In this document: piece by piece, positions 12,143-25,900 of the stretch
How positions within the stretch are numbered: position 1 is the stretch's first letter
Layout of the letters: the number at the start of each line of letters is the position of its first letter
Source of the DNA: Trichoplax sp. H2
Lineage: Eukaryota
Direction of reading: 5' to 3'
NCBI GenBank assembly: GCA_003344405.1
Contig: NOWV01000001.1
Span: forward strand, 558,001 to 622,000
DNA length: 64,000 nt
The notes under the pieces: model-generated
The model's input: the letters and a program-made list of their open reading frames with translations, nothing else
The model's database searches: none
Told to the model about the DNA's origin: nothing
Translations under genes and position numbers: made by a program

Positions 12143-15100
12143 ATGCCTGCTAGCATAGATGATACCACAAATAACGAAACTGATGGCGCTGTTCATTCCA
12201 GCATCAGTCCTAATCATGGAAATCATAATCAGCCCAAAATATATCGATTATCTTTACTAGAATGTGGAACGTGGATATTTTCCATACTGATGTATATTGC
12301 AGATTACGTAACTGACTTTGTCGTTGGATTTTCCTACATCATTGATGGTCACCCATTGTGGGGAACCATGATAATATTATTATCTGTCACTTCGGGCATA
12401 GTCGTACAAGGATTCTCTCTTTACTGGTCTTTTGGTTGCTACTGGCGCCAGTCTGTGTCTGACAATTCGGATGAGACTAATAATTCGGGCCAATATGATA
12501 CCAACGATAGCCAAGTCGACCGGGATGTTGCTCCTGTACCTGATTACCATGAACCAATACCTGATCAACATGGACCATGTTTTAAAATATGTCATTTATT
12601 TGGTTTATCGATGATGCAGAGGTAATTTGGTAGTATGATCAAAAAAATGCAGACAGATTGTTCAATATTTATTACTTGAGATTATAATTGCTTGGAAGTT
12701 ATATCATTACCGTTCAACATTTAATTTCATCTAATCATCCTGCGTTATAGATTTACGGTACGCATCATCTTTCTATCTGAATAATCGTTCAGATTCACAT
12801 TCTTACGCTGTGTAAATATATTGTAATTTGTTTATAGTAACCTTTGCCTGGTTATTTCAGTTAAGTTGGATACTACTTGTAGTTATATAATGCGTCAAGT
12901 AATTCAAATGTTTGCATTTACACTTTACGTGCTACGACTTATGGTAAATGATCATTTAACGAATGCTGCTAGCAATCATATCAACATTCTATCCTTAGGA
13001 ATGGCTGTAATATATAGGCGTCCATTGATTGATTATTACCATCATGCTGTATTATGCATAAAGTATTAACCAACACCAGCTAGCAACTTATAGTCGATTG
13101 AGATACAAGTGTAAAATCTATACTACATATTTAAAGTTTGACAGTCCTTTTTTGTGTGTAGCTGTAGAAATATCATTTACTTCTAATATATTTACAGTAA
13201 GATGGTGATTGTAAGCTACATTAGACATTATATAGTTAGCTTAATGAAGATTGTACAGATCATTTAGCATTTAACTTAATTGTGCCTTTCATCTCATTAC
13301 AGATACTTATATATTGCAATCAAAGGTAGAAAGCGCCATGACGAATACCAACATGGTTTATTATTATACCATATAGCTGATGCTGGCCTAATTAGTACAG
13401 TTGATGTAACTGTTGATTCAGCGCCGCAACTAATCTTACAAATTTATATCATCATTACTAATGGTGAAGTCGATTTTTTCAAGATTGCTTCGGTCGCAAT
13501 CTCGTTCTTGTCTACTGCATATTGTGTCACATACCATGTAAATACGTTACGCAAGGCTCAAAAACAGATCGGAAAAAAAGTCAAGACATTATCTTTTGAA
13601 GGTATAGTATCATAATTTAGCTGTTGTACATTTCGTAACGTTAATGACTGGACTCTCCAGTTGCTATAAAATAGTGTTAATTAGAGTTAATCTTGTTTAT
13701 AAATTTACTGTCTTTCTTTGTTAAATACTTTATACTGTTTAGATCACGTCTGTAAATTCAAATTAACTACACTAAATTTACTATAATTTACAATACTAGC
13801 CCTAAAACCCATTCTACAACTTGCTATATTGACTTATATACTATACAATTACATGCGAACAATGTTACGATCTAAAAATATGTATATCTTTCTTGCATTT
13901 AATAGGCCTAGGAATGTATTTCGTATGGAGAATCTCCTTTTTAATCTCTAGACTTACATTACTAGCAGTCTTTGCGTATTACTTTCAACAGTGGATATTT
14001 TTTCTATTCTTCTGTCATTGGTTTGTTATGACTACTATATTCTGGATTGATGGCGTCGGCAGCTATGAGAAAATTGGTTGTTGTGTATTAGACCGGAAAG
14101 ATCGGTTGAACCTCTGTGAAAAATTTGTCTTATGTCTTACCAACGGATGGATAGATATCTTCTTCTTCATCAATTTAAAACAAGGTTAGATTATCAGACT
14201 TATAGAACTTAATTTTATCTACTAGTAAAATTACTGACATGGCATTTAAAGTGATAGATCAAGTTATTAACTAGTTAATAGTTGGTATCATTTACAGAAT
14301 TAAATATTACTTAGATACCTTGAAGGAAGTTAAATGAATACATTGGCGTTTTAGCATCTGTAAATCTAGACCAGTCATTTTGGTCGGTCCAGCTACATAT
14401 GCTGTACCGAGTCTGTAATAAATTCATCCTTTAACTTCATTGGAGACTTGTCTAACTTGAATTTATCTATAACTTGAGATATAGCTTTACTTTGGCACCT
14501 GTGTTAATCCTTCAAAATTAGATTTCTGTAATTAGCACAGTATTACAGCGCTTCACTGTAGGTATAAAGATGGGTTAATCTATTTATGGGGTTACACTAA
14601 TCTCCTTGATGACCGATTAAAACTGTGTAATTTACTACTTCATAAACACTACGATTTCTATACGTATATTATAAATCCTTTTCATCCAGTTACTGCCAAT
14701 AAGGTTATAATTTTCATTACCAGTAAATCAATGTTCTAGTATCGATTCTATTAAACTATTTCTTTCTAGTTTTGATACTTGAGCATAATATGAAAATAAT
14801 CGAATCATATCGAGATTGAATCCATGATAAAAAATAGTATATAGATATTTTTTATCAATCGTTTCCAATAAAATTATTCGTGATTTTAAAAGTGTCTTGA
14901 TTCTTGTTTATTAATTTAGGTAAAACTCGTCTGCGCTACATCGCTCATTTCTTCATGCATTTATTGGAACTAATTTTGACGGCTGTACTATTGGATAGCA
15001 ATAACTTCATAAATGGTAGAATAGCATATACATCTATAGGTGTTATAACTGGAGGATTTTTTGTCGGCTTGGTTTTCTTCATCGTGTATTATAGCGCTTT

Positions 15101-15389
15101 TCATCCTAATTGTACGTCAGTTGGGAAATATTATACCAGCCGCAACAGTAACAACAAACATGGATTGGCTGATGAATCACTGATGGAATGCAGTGGATCT
15201 GTTCGACAAGTTTATTTTCACTCAGATATAGTGGATACTGGTATTCACATAACAAGCAGGGAATCTGCTGCTGTCTCTACGGTTTCTAGTAAAACGGTTC
15301 CTACTTCAAAAGTGACAGAAATGAGTGGAGATACAGTCGATATCTGCCATACGCTTCGATTTAAAGAGGAAATAATTCATGCAGTGTGA
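12143..15389 (+). CDS. XKR: XK-related protein, paralog B. Exons 12143-12621, 13303-13601, 13906-14184, 14920-15389; about 508 aa.
   Basis: GT-AG, phase-consistent junctions (1527 nt). Motifs YIADYVTDFVVG, DSAPQLILQIY, WRISFLISR, CHW, FFFINLKQGKTRLRY, YYSAFHP. Confidence 0.92.
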
Positions 15390-18300
15390 TAACTTTGATA
15401 CATAATCATAAAACCTTGTAAATATTGTTTCGTATATGCTATCGCAATAATTAAGCATAGTCTGGATCCTTACGTTATCAGTGCCCAGTATAGCTGGCAT
15501 AATATACAAATCAAGTAAAGGCGGATAAGTTGTGATAACCATAAAAATCTGATTCATTTATGCACTCTGTAAACATCAAACGAATTTATAATTATGAACA
15601 AGTACGTACACAAAACATGAGCTAGTCATAGATATAATTAATGACCAACTACGATATATTTTTATAAAATATGTGCATTTTGTGTCTTCTGTATTCTGCG
15701 TGATTAGTTTAATGTCACTATAAGTAATGTCAGATATGCAGAATACCACTAGTATGGTATCAAACTACATAAATACGATTGTACAGGACGTTGTAGACTG
15801 GAGGATCTACTTATGTGATAATTTATAAGCCAGAGAAAAGGGATCTAAGTATTCTGCTTCAAGATATAATTTTTTTATAGATTTAAAAAACATCGCGATC
15901 TGGTACTGAAAACCTACTAAACTATGGATATTATTTTTATTATTTCATTTTATGAGATATAAGATGTATTAAGTAGCAAATAATACTGTAGTTTCTGTAT
16001 CCCACGCATATATTTATCTTACTGCCTCATAAATATTTCCTGAAGCATTTTTCGTTCTAATTTTCGTTTTGGGTGTTAAAATGATTGATCTAAATTCTTA
16101 ACCATTACCGTAGCGAAAGAAAGATAATAGAGTTACTTCGTATTATTAAAGTAATGATTTTTTTATGTATGACAGGATATACGCATTGCCGGAAATAAGT
16201 GTCATAAAATCGCGTTGCTAAAACGACTAGTTAATTATAAATTGTTTTATTATTTTTATAGCTATTACAGTTTTACGCCAATGCGTGTAGGCTTCCATTA
16301 TTATAATTGAATTTGCCTTGCATATGTAGAGTTTCCTCATATTAAAACTTAAAAAGTGCCGTATAGGTGATTTAATGTATGAAAGGCTGACTAATTATCT
16401 TTCAAAGAACTTGAAAGACAATACTAATGTTCATTTGCAATATTCTGTTTTTCATGATGTTTATTTGATATAGATTCTATCGTGATCATGATAAATACTT
16501 AGATTATCAAATTTTAATTGATTTATATCGTAAAAAAATTCGTATGGTCCATTTTATGATAACGTTTGCGGAATCATCTTAGGCAATAAAAGAAGTTTAA
16601 AAACTGCTTTCACTGGTACATTTGGACAAAGATTTCGTCATTAAATTATAAATGTTTTCAATTAAATATAATAAAAAGTTATTATTCATCCATAAGCAAA
16701 ACGTAAGGCTTTAGTATTTGCGCACTTAACTGATTTATATGGATTTTACAGTATTTTATAATTAATTAAATGTCAAAATGGCTTACATAATAGCATGTGA
16801 AATTAAATTTTGCTGTTCTGAATAATTTCTATACATTGTAGCTTTAAATAAATTGCATTTTCTGCAAGGATAGTACTAAAGAAATCGAAGTATTAATTAT
16901 ACACTAAAATAAATTATAGTATTGGAAAGGCTACAAAGCAGATTCACTTAGAAAGTTTACTGTTAAACTTAATTCCTAGTAAATTACGTTATAGCTTTTA
17001 AGTCTGAGCTGTTAATACAATAATATGGAAGAATTAATTTTAATAATTATTAGTGTTCTGCATAAGATATTGAATTGATTATGTAATATTGTTAGCCTCT
17101 GTAGAGTAAGATTACTCATTATTAGATAAAAAGGCCAGACTGCTTCTATTCTTGAATATTTGTCGTCTGATAAAATGAATAAATGGATTCAAATCTTTTG
17201 ATACTACTTAATTGCCTAACTTCTTTTCAAATATTTGCCAAGGTCCACCGGGTATTGAATATTAGTTTCTCATATTCTTTTATAATATTCTTGCAATTCT
17301 TCTCGGTTCCCTAGTTACTAACTGTACTCAGGAAAAATTGCGCAAGAACGTGTGTAAAAATATACCTTTTTCATCCCATGTTAATATAACATATTTTGGT
17401 TAGGCTATGAGTTCGAAAAATCAAGCAATTAATGGCTGGATAAAAGTGAGTATTGTGTAATGTATAAGAGATAATATGGAAAAAACACAGCTATCTCAAG
17501 TCTATCCCAATTGAAAGATTAGAGTATTATTATGCATCCACATTTAAATTGTCACACTGCGGGCTTTTTACCGATTAGGTTCAATATCTTACCTCGGTAT
17601 TATTAATTTTTTTGGAACGATTAATTAGGGAATCATTCGCACTTAAAGAGACAACAGCTTGCCTATTTGTTAATCATCTTTTAATAGCATATAGCATTTT
17701 TATCAAATGACGGAAGTACGTCAGACCTATTGATCAATAAATGAATACTCCGTTTTTCAGTATTTCTATCTTCAATAATATTTCATAAGAGCCTGTGTTT
17801 CCAACCTGTAATTATTGTACCTTATATTGAGCAATAATTTTAGAATATTAAATGGTAAATATTTTTATAAAACAGTTGCCTCATGATCACTTTCCCTCTC
17901 GGTCTGATAGGTTCATAGAATACCAGATGCTGTTGTTATAGGCAATGTTGCTTGTGAATCATATACTTTATTAATGTTCTAGCATAGTGTGCTGTGTAGT
18001 TAAAATCGATGAGCTTAAGATACTAATATTTTCTTACTACGGCCGCAGGGTACAGGGTACAACTGTACATAGTACGAGTTCACAGTACAAATTTTTCAAG
18101 ATCAATAGAATACCTATACACTATGCACTGTTTGTATTACAATCAGAGGATTGCAATTCTCTAGGTTAAGTAAATATTTCTTACGGTACAATCTACAGCA
18201 TATCAGTACGCTAGTTTCATAGCTTTGCTATCTACGGTATGCCAAGATTGTGATATTTACTTTTATTATATAAACTTCAAGCTGCACCTAGGACTGTGAT

Positions 18301-21300
18301 TTTAAACGTACTATGCTGTAAACTTCTAGAATACGGTATTTTATGCTAATAAAATATCACCAATAATTGTATATATACAATCCTTATTCAAATTTGCCTC
18401 AAGTTTTTAACATTCGTACATCCGTCATATAGAATCAGATTACAGGACATCAAAAAACTGATATCGTAATAAAATTAAATTAATTTATTAAATAATTGGA
18501 CTCATAATCAAAATAAACCTGGATATTGCTAGTAAAAGTGCGAATAATTATTTAATTTAGATGACTTCCGTGCCATGATAAAGCTAATTTCTTGACGCAG
18601 GGTATTGTTTGTACGGCTAAATTAAGGTAATTTTGTAGTCTTCTTTTATCAAAGAGGCCTGTCCTGTTGTAACAATATATGTTGTAGGCCGAATATCTTC
18701 AGTTGTCCTTAGCAACAGAGCATATACTGACCACTGATAGCAGTAAATTTATGCTCTCAGAGCAAATAAAATATCTAAAATAGCACAAATCTAATAAGGT
18801 ATTGTACTGTAACTATCAGTATATATCATATATCTTTTTGTTATAATCGTTGGCTAATATTAAATTAGATTAATTATGTCAAAAAAATTACGAAGATTTT
18901 CAATGTTGTGCTAAGCATAACGGTATAGTTACAAGTAAAAATTAAAACATGGTGCAGCAACTAAAAATTGCATTTATGGTCCATCTATGAAAATTTGCTC
19001 TCGTATGAACAAATACAGGTTTTTATAGATTGGATGCTCATTAGACATGTTGGCTATGAAGCAGCATAATTTCCTATTTAATATCAGCATATCCAATGAA
19101 TAGAGCATGAAATTTATATTAATGACATCTGCTGGCAAATTACAGATCGAGAACATATTTCAGAGTTAATTAGGCCAAAAAGAGTTCATGATATCTTGAA
19201 CCTAACGGACTAGAGTACATAATCAATGAAATAATTTTGTAGACCATACTGTCTCCTTGGATACAATGGTACTTTATTTTATTATTGAAGTTTCATGACT
19301 GTTAGGAATTTGAATGTACTAGTTATCGGTTGCTAGTATACTTTTTCCATGCACGTGAGTAATATAATAACATTTTAACTTCACAATTTTTAGAAATTCA
19401 TTTCTTAATATATTGAGAAATTAAGTTCCCCAAATTTCAAATTGCGATCTATTTCATTATGTTAAACTACTACAATCTGGAGGAAGGTGAAGTAAATTTT
19501 TTAATCTAGCAAATTTGAAACATCGAAGAGCTACAGTTGCTTGTTCAATGTTCACCCATGTTCATCTGTATTTTATTGACATTAAAATCTCATTTATTAT
19601 TATCTTGTCAATATTTGGATGAAATGGTAGCGTATTATATTCTAACTTACATTGGATGCTTTCCATTTGTATAAACAAAAGGATTTCTTTCTCAATGTTT
19701 TAATATTAATTCTATCTGCGCTTGTGTAGTAATTAATTATTTATCGTGATAGCTAGTATTTATGATCATTTTATGCATGCTTCATTCGATAACGGTTGCT
19801 ACATGTCTTGGTAAGGAAAACACTATGATAAAATATTGATCACCTTCCATTGTAATGATAGCCTCAGTTACTACGGTGTCACACTACTAACTAATTAATT
19901 TTGCTAGTTTGGATCATAGTTTATACCATCATGCAGTATTTTTTAACAAGATATGCCCATAATAACAAGCTATAAAATAGAGCTGCTGTTGGCTGCTAAT
20001 ACACTTGCGTCTATTAAACTGGAATGTTAGTTTAAGATTAATTTGCACTCCAATTAATCAGAATTTCTTTCATGCGACAAAAGCCATATGGCGTTGAAAG
20101 ACATTACTCATTGCTGCTAAATGTATAGGGTTACTAAACACCGATTATTGATGAATAATTCATCACTTAATAAACAATTAAGTTTACCATGCGCATAAAC
20201 AAGCGAAAAATCACACAGCTGTCTTATTCCTTCTATTGTATGATACTAGTGTTGACTATTAATTAGAACGTATCATTCAAGTGTTGGCTAATCAGTCTAA
20301 CGACTATAAAAGAAGCTCTACTGCCGAATGATTATCATCATTAAATGATGCCGCTTTGAACTTTTTAACTTCCACTATCGTTATGATATTGCGACCTTCA
20401 AATAGAAGGATGTGGGCAGCGGCAGCCAGTTTAGATAACTATAGTATTACTACAGCTGCCGAATAAGCCAGATGTATTGAATTGGAAAATGTTGATGACT
20501 TGATATGGTCAATAAGAACTGAATTCAGTACATAATTTATGAAATGACAATCAAACAGGCAATGCTATAAATCATCTACTGTACCCCGATACAATAATTG
20601 GCCATCACTGGTGCAGTTTTAGTCATAACTTATCTCCAGCTGATTACTTTGTTGATTATAATGCTATTTACTACTTATCTACCTAATTAGTGTAGATAAT
20701 ACTTCTGTTGACAGTACAATAATGCAACGAAATAGAGAACAAGCGTTTGATAGATAAAACTGTTTTTCTCTCTTCTTTTTTTGTTTTGCCGCTTGATTAA
20801 AATCAAAACATAGCCGAAATAATGTATGTGTTGTCCTAGGACGAGTCTATTCGTCGGCCATCTTAGCAGTTTTGGAGTACAACATATAAGGTCTCTAAGT
20901 ACGGGCTAGCAAAACAAAATGGATAGCAAACAGCACATTCTACGTGATGAATTAGTCATGAAGTACTCCTTGCTCTAAAATGTATCGCCTTGATTAGATG
21001 CAAAAGAGCATATAAATTCATCTCTGTATATTTCTATTTCTAATATCTTACCGAATTGGTAATGTTCAGTTTTATTGACTTCGTTTACTTAATTTACTTA
21101 GTAATCATTATCCTAGCTGTTATCAAGTATACTTTAGCGGTTAAGAGCCTTCAATATAACTGTAACTGATTTATATTTATCGTACACGAAAGCACATAAA
21201 AATTGCTGTAATGTTGCAAAGTATACATAGTGAAGATGGAGGTGCGTTGAGTATACTGTCTTTACGGAATCGATGGAATTGTTGCTGACATACTGATTGA

Positions 21301-24300
21301 TGGACGATGAGGAGCGAACTGAACAATAAATGATAACGATAAGATAGTTGATTTTTTATGTTAAAAAAATAACGATAACTAAGCTATTTCGTCTAACGGT
21401 ATCAATAGTGAGCTACATGCTCTTCTGTACTGAATTAACGAGACTAATTATAATTATTATCATTCTTTGTATCCTGTACAGTAGATAAATACAGCGCGTA
21501 ATCTGTTTTCAGATAATGAGGTATAATATTATCTGAACATAATTTCTGATCATTTATCGTTTACAAGAAAATGTGAGGACCGTTGTTTGAATAGTTGCAT
21601 CGACCCGTTTACTAGAAAATTACAACAAAGTTTCCAATAAACACGCTAGGCTTTGTTATGCAAACTAGCTTGGACAAGACAACATAAAGGAAAAAGCAAG
21701 TGTTTTTCTTCATCCAATAGTGCACCTGTACAGTGTACAGTACATAAACAATTGGCATCATTCAAAAATTATGTACGTTAGCTAATTTGTGTAACATAGA
21801 AGCACGATCAAAGGATCATCTAGTTATTCCTAAATGCAAATTAATACAGAACAGAGGGGTTATTCATTAACTTTACTTACTTATTGATCCACCTAGGAAA
21901 ATATGTACAAAATAATTTTGTATACAGAACATTATTTCACAAAGGAAAAACATTCTTTCTGAATTATATGCGTACGCGTGTGTTTTATCGCCCCTTATAC
22001 TTAAATACTGTACAAGCACGGATATACTGTATAAACTTTGAAAAAAATATTAGAACTTCGCCTTGCTGAACTGATACAAACGCACACCTATATACTATAA
22101 TCACCTACAATACTCGTACATACTTTGATAGCAGCTATCTTGAATTCATGACAACATAAAAGAGCTTTATCAAACTGGCGCTGATTAATACAAGCAGTTG
22201 GAAATAACCGAAATTATAATCGACTACACTGTTTAGATTATAAAATAGAAAACGTAACTTGATGAAAAGGGTGAACATAATATTGAGTTTGAACAATAAC
22301 AAAAATTTGAATTTCAATCGCTTGCTTCGTGGAATATCCGTGATACTGTATTCCATTTTCTATACTCAAGCTATACAATATAGGTCCATATTTATCTTAA
22401 TGCACTGTACAATGTACATATTTGTAATTTCTGTCCACTTACGCTACTCTAGCACGCTCATTGAAGAATACGCTGACAAAACAGTATTCTTTATTTAAAA
22501 TATGCAAAAAAATAGGGTAATTCAAATGGAATTTATTATGGTCTCTTCGTTTAATTTAGAACTGGATAGTGAAATACAGCACAATACAGTCTGCATTTTA
22601 ATTTAAGTAAGCATATCTTAAATCTAGTCATTGCAGAAATTGAAGTACAAGGCACCGAGGTCGAGGATATTGCAGTTCCATAATTACCTATGACCTGATT
22701 TGAGTAATATGCAGTGTAAAGAAAAAAATAGTAATAAAAGCCTACTTGACTAGCTCGATTTACGTGTAATACAATCAGGTAGAGGAAAATAATTGCTGCC
22801 ATGAACTCAGCCAGTATTGCAATTTAATACTACTTAATTACTACTGTATACTTGATGTGTTTTATGCAGGTTGTTGAGGAACAGCTATTACTAATCATGT
22901 CCAGTCCTTTACTTTAAATCAAATTAAAAGGGAAAAATGGTATTGTTTAATAATAATAGTACCGAATAACGTTAATGGACTATTGAATACCTTTGCAGGA
23001 AAGTCAAATCGCGTATAAACTTATCATTATGGTACTGCATAATAAATTTATGATTAAAATGCAAAGAACTCTTAATGCACTGCACGAAGTGAAAGAGTGT
23101 CAATGGATTGGAAAAATAGAGTCCCTATCAACGATTAACGTTAGCTCACTATTGTAGTCTATGTTTGCAGGCCTGCTTTCTATGATGAGTGAAATGTTGG
23201 CAAATTTCGGAGCTACGACTACGTCAGCCTACTCATAGTGCATGGTAACTTTAAGGCACGATATTGGCAATTCGAACAACGTTGTATCTACAAGCCTGCA
23301 GTTCATCAGAATGTTACGAACAGTAATCGATTACATTACTCGAATTAATTTACAGCTATGTTTTTTAAATAAATAAAAAATGAGGTAAAATCCGTAAATG
23401 TCGATCGCTGAACTGGTATATCTTATTGACAGCATACGTGTACAAGCAAATGCAGACTTGAGCTGCAATGGTGACCTTTTAACCAGCAAAGTTTTCGCTC
23501 GTTTGAAAGGCTGTTATCATTGCATAACGAATGTACTAAATCAAGTATCTTCAAGATCTTGTAACATGACGATAACTGAATGTACTGCATGTTTGTAATT
23601 TTATCTACACTTTACAATGGTTCTAGAATGGAAGAGAGTCAAACTTCGTTTCTTGTTTGCCACTAATTATACGTATATAATATATATAATAGGTATGCAA
23701 GTGGAGGAGATCACATTGGTTCAATCTCTCGCTGCATGGTGTAATAGTTATGTATTTCGATCGTGGAGCAAATTGAACTTGGCAGTTCATAGTTACAGTA
23801 TAATTCATAAAAGAGACTGTCGCTGCATTGTACAGAATACAGTATAGATTGTAGATAGGTCACTGAAGTTTATTCTCACAACTGGACTCTGTCCATAAAC
23901 AAGTACAATGCATCCTGCCAAGAAGTAGCAGCTGCAAACTTACAGAATAATTATAAATTATGTATGGGTTCGCCTGCCGCAAACGCTGAATGATTAAATA
24001 GTACAGTATACCGTGTCTCGGCTCTCGGCTATACTACTCCATATAAACTCAGTAGAGTTCAGTCGTTCATTTGCCGTATTCATTGTTCATATGGTAAAAG
24101 GGAATCTAATTTAGCTCCATTGGCCGCTGCACCATTACCGTGTTGTGTACTACATTACATCATTATTTTCACTTTAGTCCTATTTAAAGAGCATTACTAG
24201 TGCACGATGTTGCTGTAGTTTATGAATTGGAAGTGGTTTTCCGCGAAATATGTTTAATGCCAATTTAATGAAATAAACAAGTTTCATTTTTTAATTGCTA

Positions 24301-25614
24301 CCATGTCAAAGGCAAGGAATCCATTGTCATCGACACATTGATTAACCTATAGCTATTCTTTAAAGTGATGACGCAGCAGTCATAAAGCAACCTCATTGGC
24401 TAGCGTTGAGTGCCCTACATACCGATCTTATTTGTTGTCAGTGGGGAAATTAGGTTATCTTATCCATTGACATTTAACCTTAGTGGATTGATGCTTATGC
24501 CTGCTTAGGACAGCCCTTTCAACTCAGTGTTGACGGTGCAAGTTGACCATGTCACTAACTGTTATAGTGTACTTTAGAAGTGCATATTTATTTAAGATCA
24601 TATAAATAGTTCACTAGCTAATCTTATGATAATGTAATCATTCTAATCATTGTACCCTTGTTAATCAGTACAGTAACCTTGCTCTTTGTGGAGAATGTAC
24701 GACAGTACGAGACAGTTACAGTAAATTGTGTACTGCCTATTGTGATATTGTACTATGCTGGACACTTGGTACTGTACAGTACAGTGATAGCCTACAAATG
24801 GATAGTCACAGTTTACGAAGGAAAAAATGCATGTGATGTCATGAACTCGTTAGTCGTTTGCAGGAGCCTACGGGCAAGAACGACTTTTATGCTCTATTGC
24901 TAATGAGAGTGTATTTGTAGAACATTATGAAGTGGGTACAATCTTCCAAATTGGCGTTACTGTATCAAGTAATTCATACGTGATCATCATACCTATAGAC
25001 ATACAGTAATTGTGAATATGTGAAAGTTACGTAGCAACAATACTGTAGTGACATTGCAAATTTTTGCAACTCATGATAAGCAAGGTACTGTAGCTTAGTA
25101 GCAATGGTATGATAGAGGACTTTTTTTATGTCTTCTTTATAATACTACTCGTCTTTTTCTCTCAATGAGTTAGTTCAATGTCAGCTGTAAGGGGGAATAA
25201 AATGAGAACAAGCATGCGTGAGTGATACTGTCGTGTAGACTGGATGGCTGTAGCAATGCTAGTTATGCTATTATTGCATGCCATAAGATTGTTGAAATGT
25301 TTTGCAAAAATTAATGTAGTACTGTATTGGCATTAGACAATTGACATTGGGCAGTATATTAAGCAGGGTTAAGTTAGGCGTCCATAGTCCATACGGCATG
25401 TGACAAGGCATTTCGATGCGTATGCAATATGACTGTAGAACATTCTTGAATAATACAATTAAGCTGCAAGCGGTTTCATATTGTGCATATAATTATTTAT
25501 TTATTTATTTTAAATTTCACAATGACTTCTAAGGGACAGCTGCTGTTCTAATACATATTGCAAAATTGAATGCACCTCGTCGTAGTAGATCCTACTGGGA
25601 AAGGTACAATACGT

Positions 25615-25900
25615 TGTAGTACTGTACAGTACAGTCTACAGTACAGCGTCGTTTCCATGTCGAGTCCAGTCCGTGTTCCAGCCTGTGTGAACAACAACAC
25701 AGTTCAATAAGTTCATCAAGAATTGCGTTCTAGTATGGTACCGTCCTGTACTATACCGTACCGTACTGTACTGTACTGTATCGTACCGAATGTGGTTGAA
25801 ATTCAATCAAAGAAAGAAAAGACAATGGAAATGCCACTACAGTGCCTTATTTGTCGATTAGTCAATCGACCTTTAGTACTGTACAGTACGGTACAGTAAT
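25615..25900. promoter_or_regulatory. Probable promoter region of Mos with a dense TACTG/CAGTA cluster
   Basis: GTACTGTACAGTAC palindromes at 25619-25632 and 25876-25889 and (TACTG)3 at ~25765-25779, directly upstream of the predicted first UTR exon. Confidence 0.45.

Noticed and set aside
15560-25600. Many 60-85 aa ORFs in the track here and at 29-38 kb
   Set aside because: No recognisable domains, AT-driven I/L/F/Y/K composition, many non-ATG starts and no consistent splice chain.
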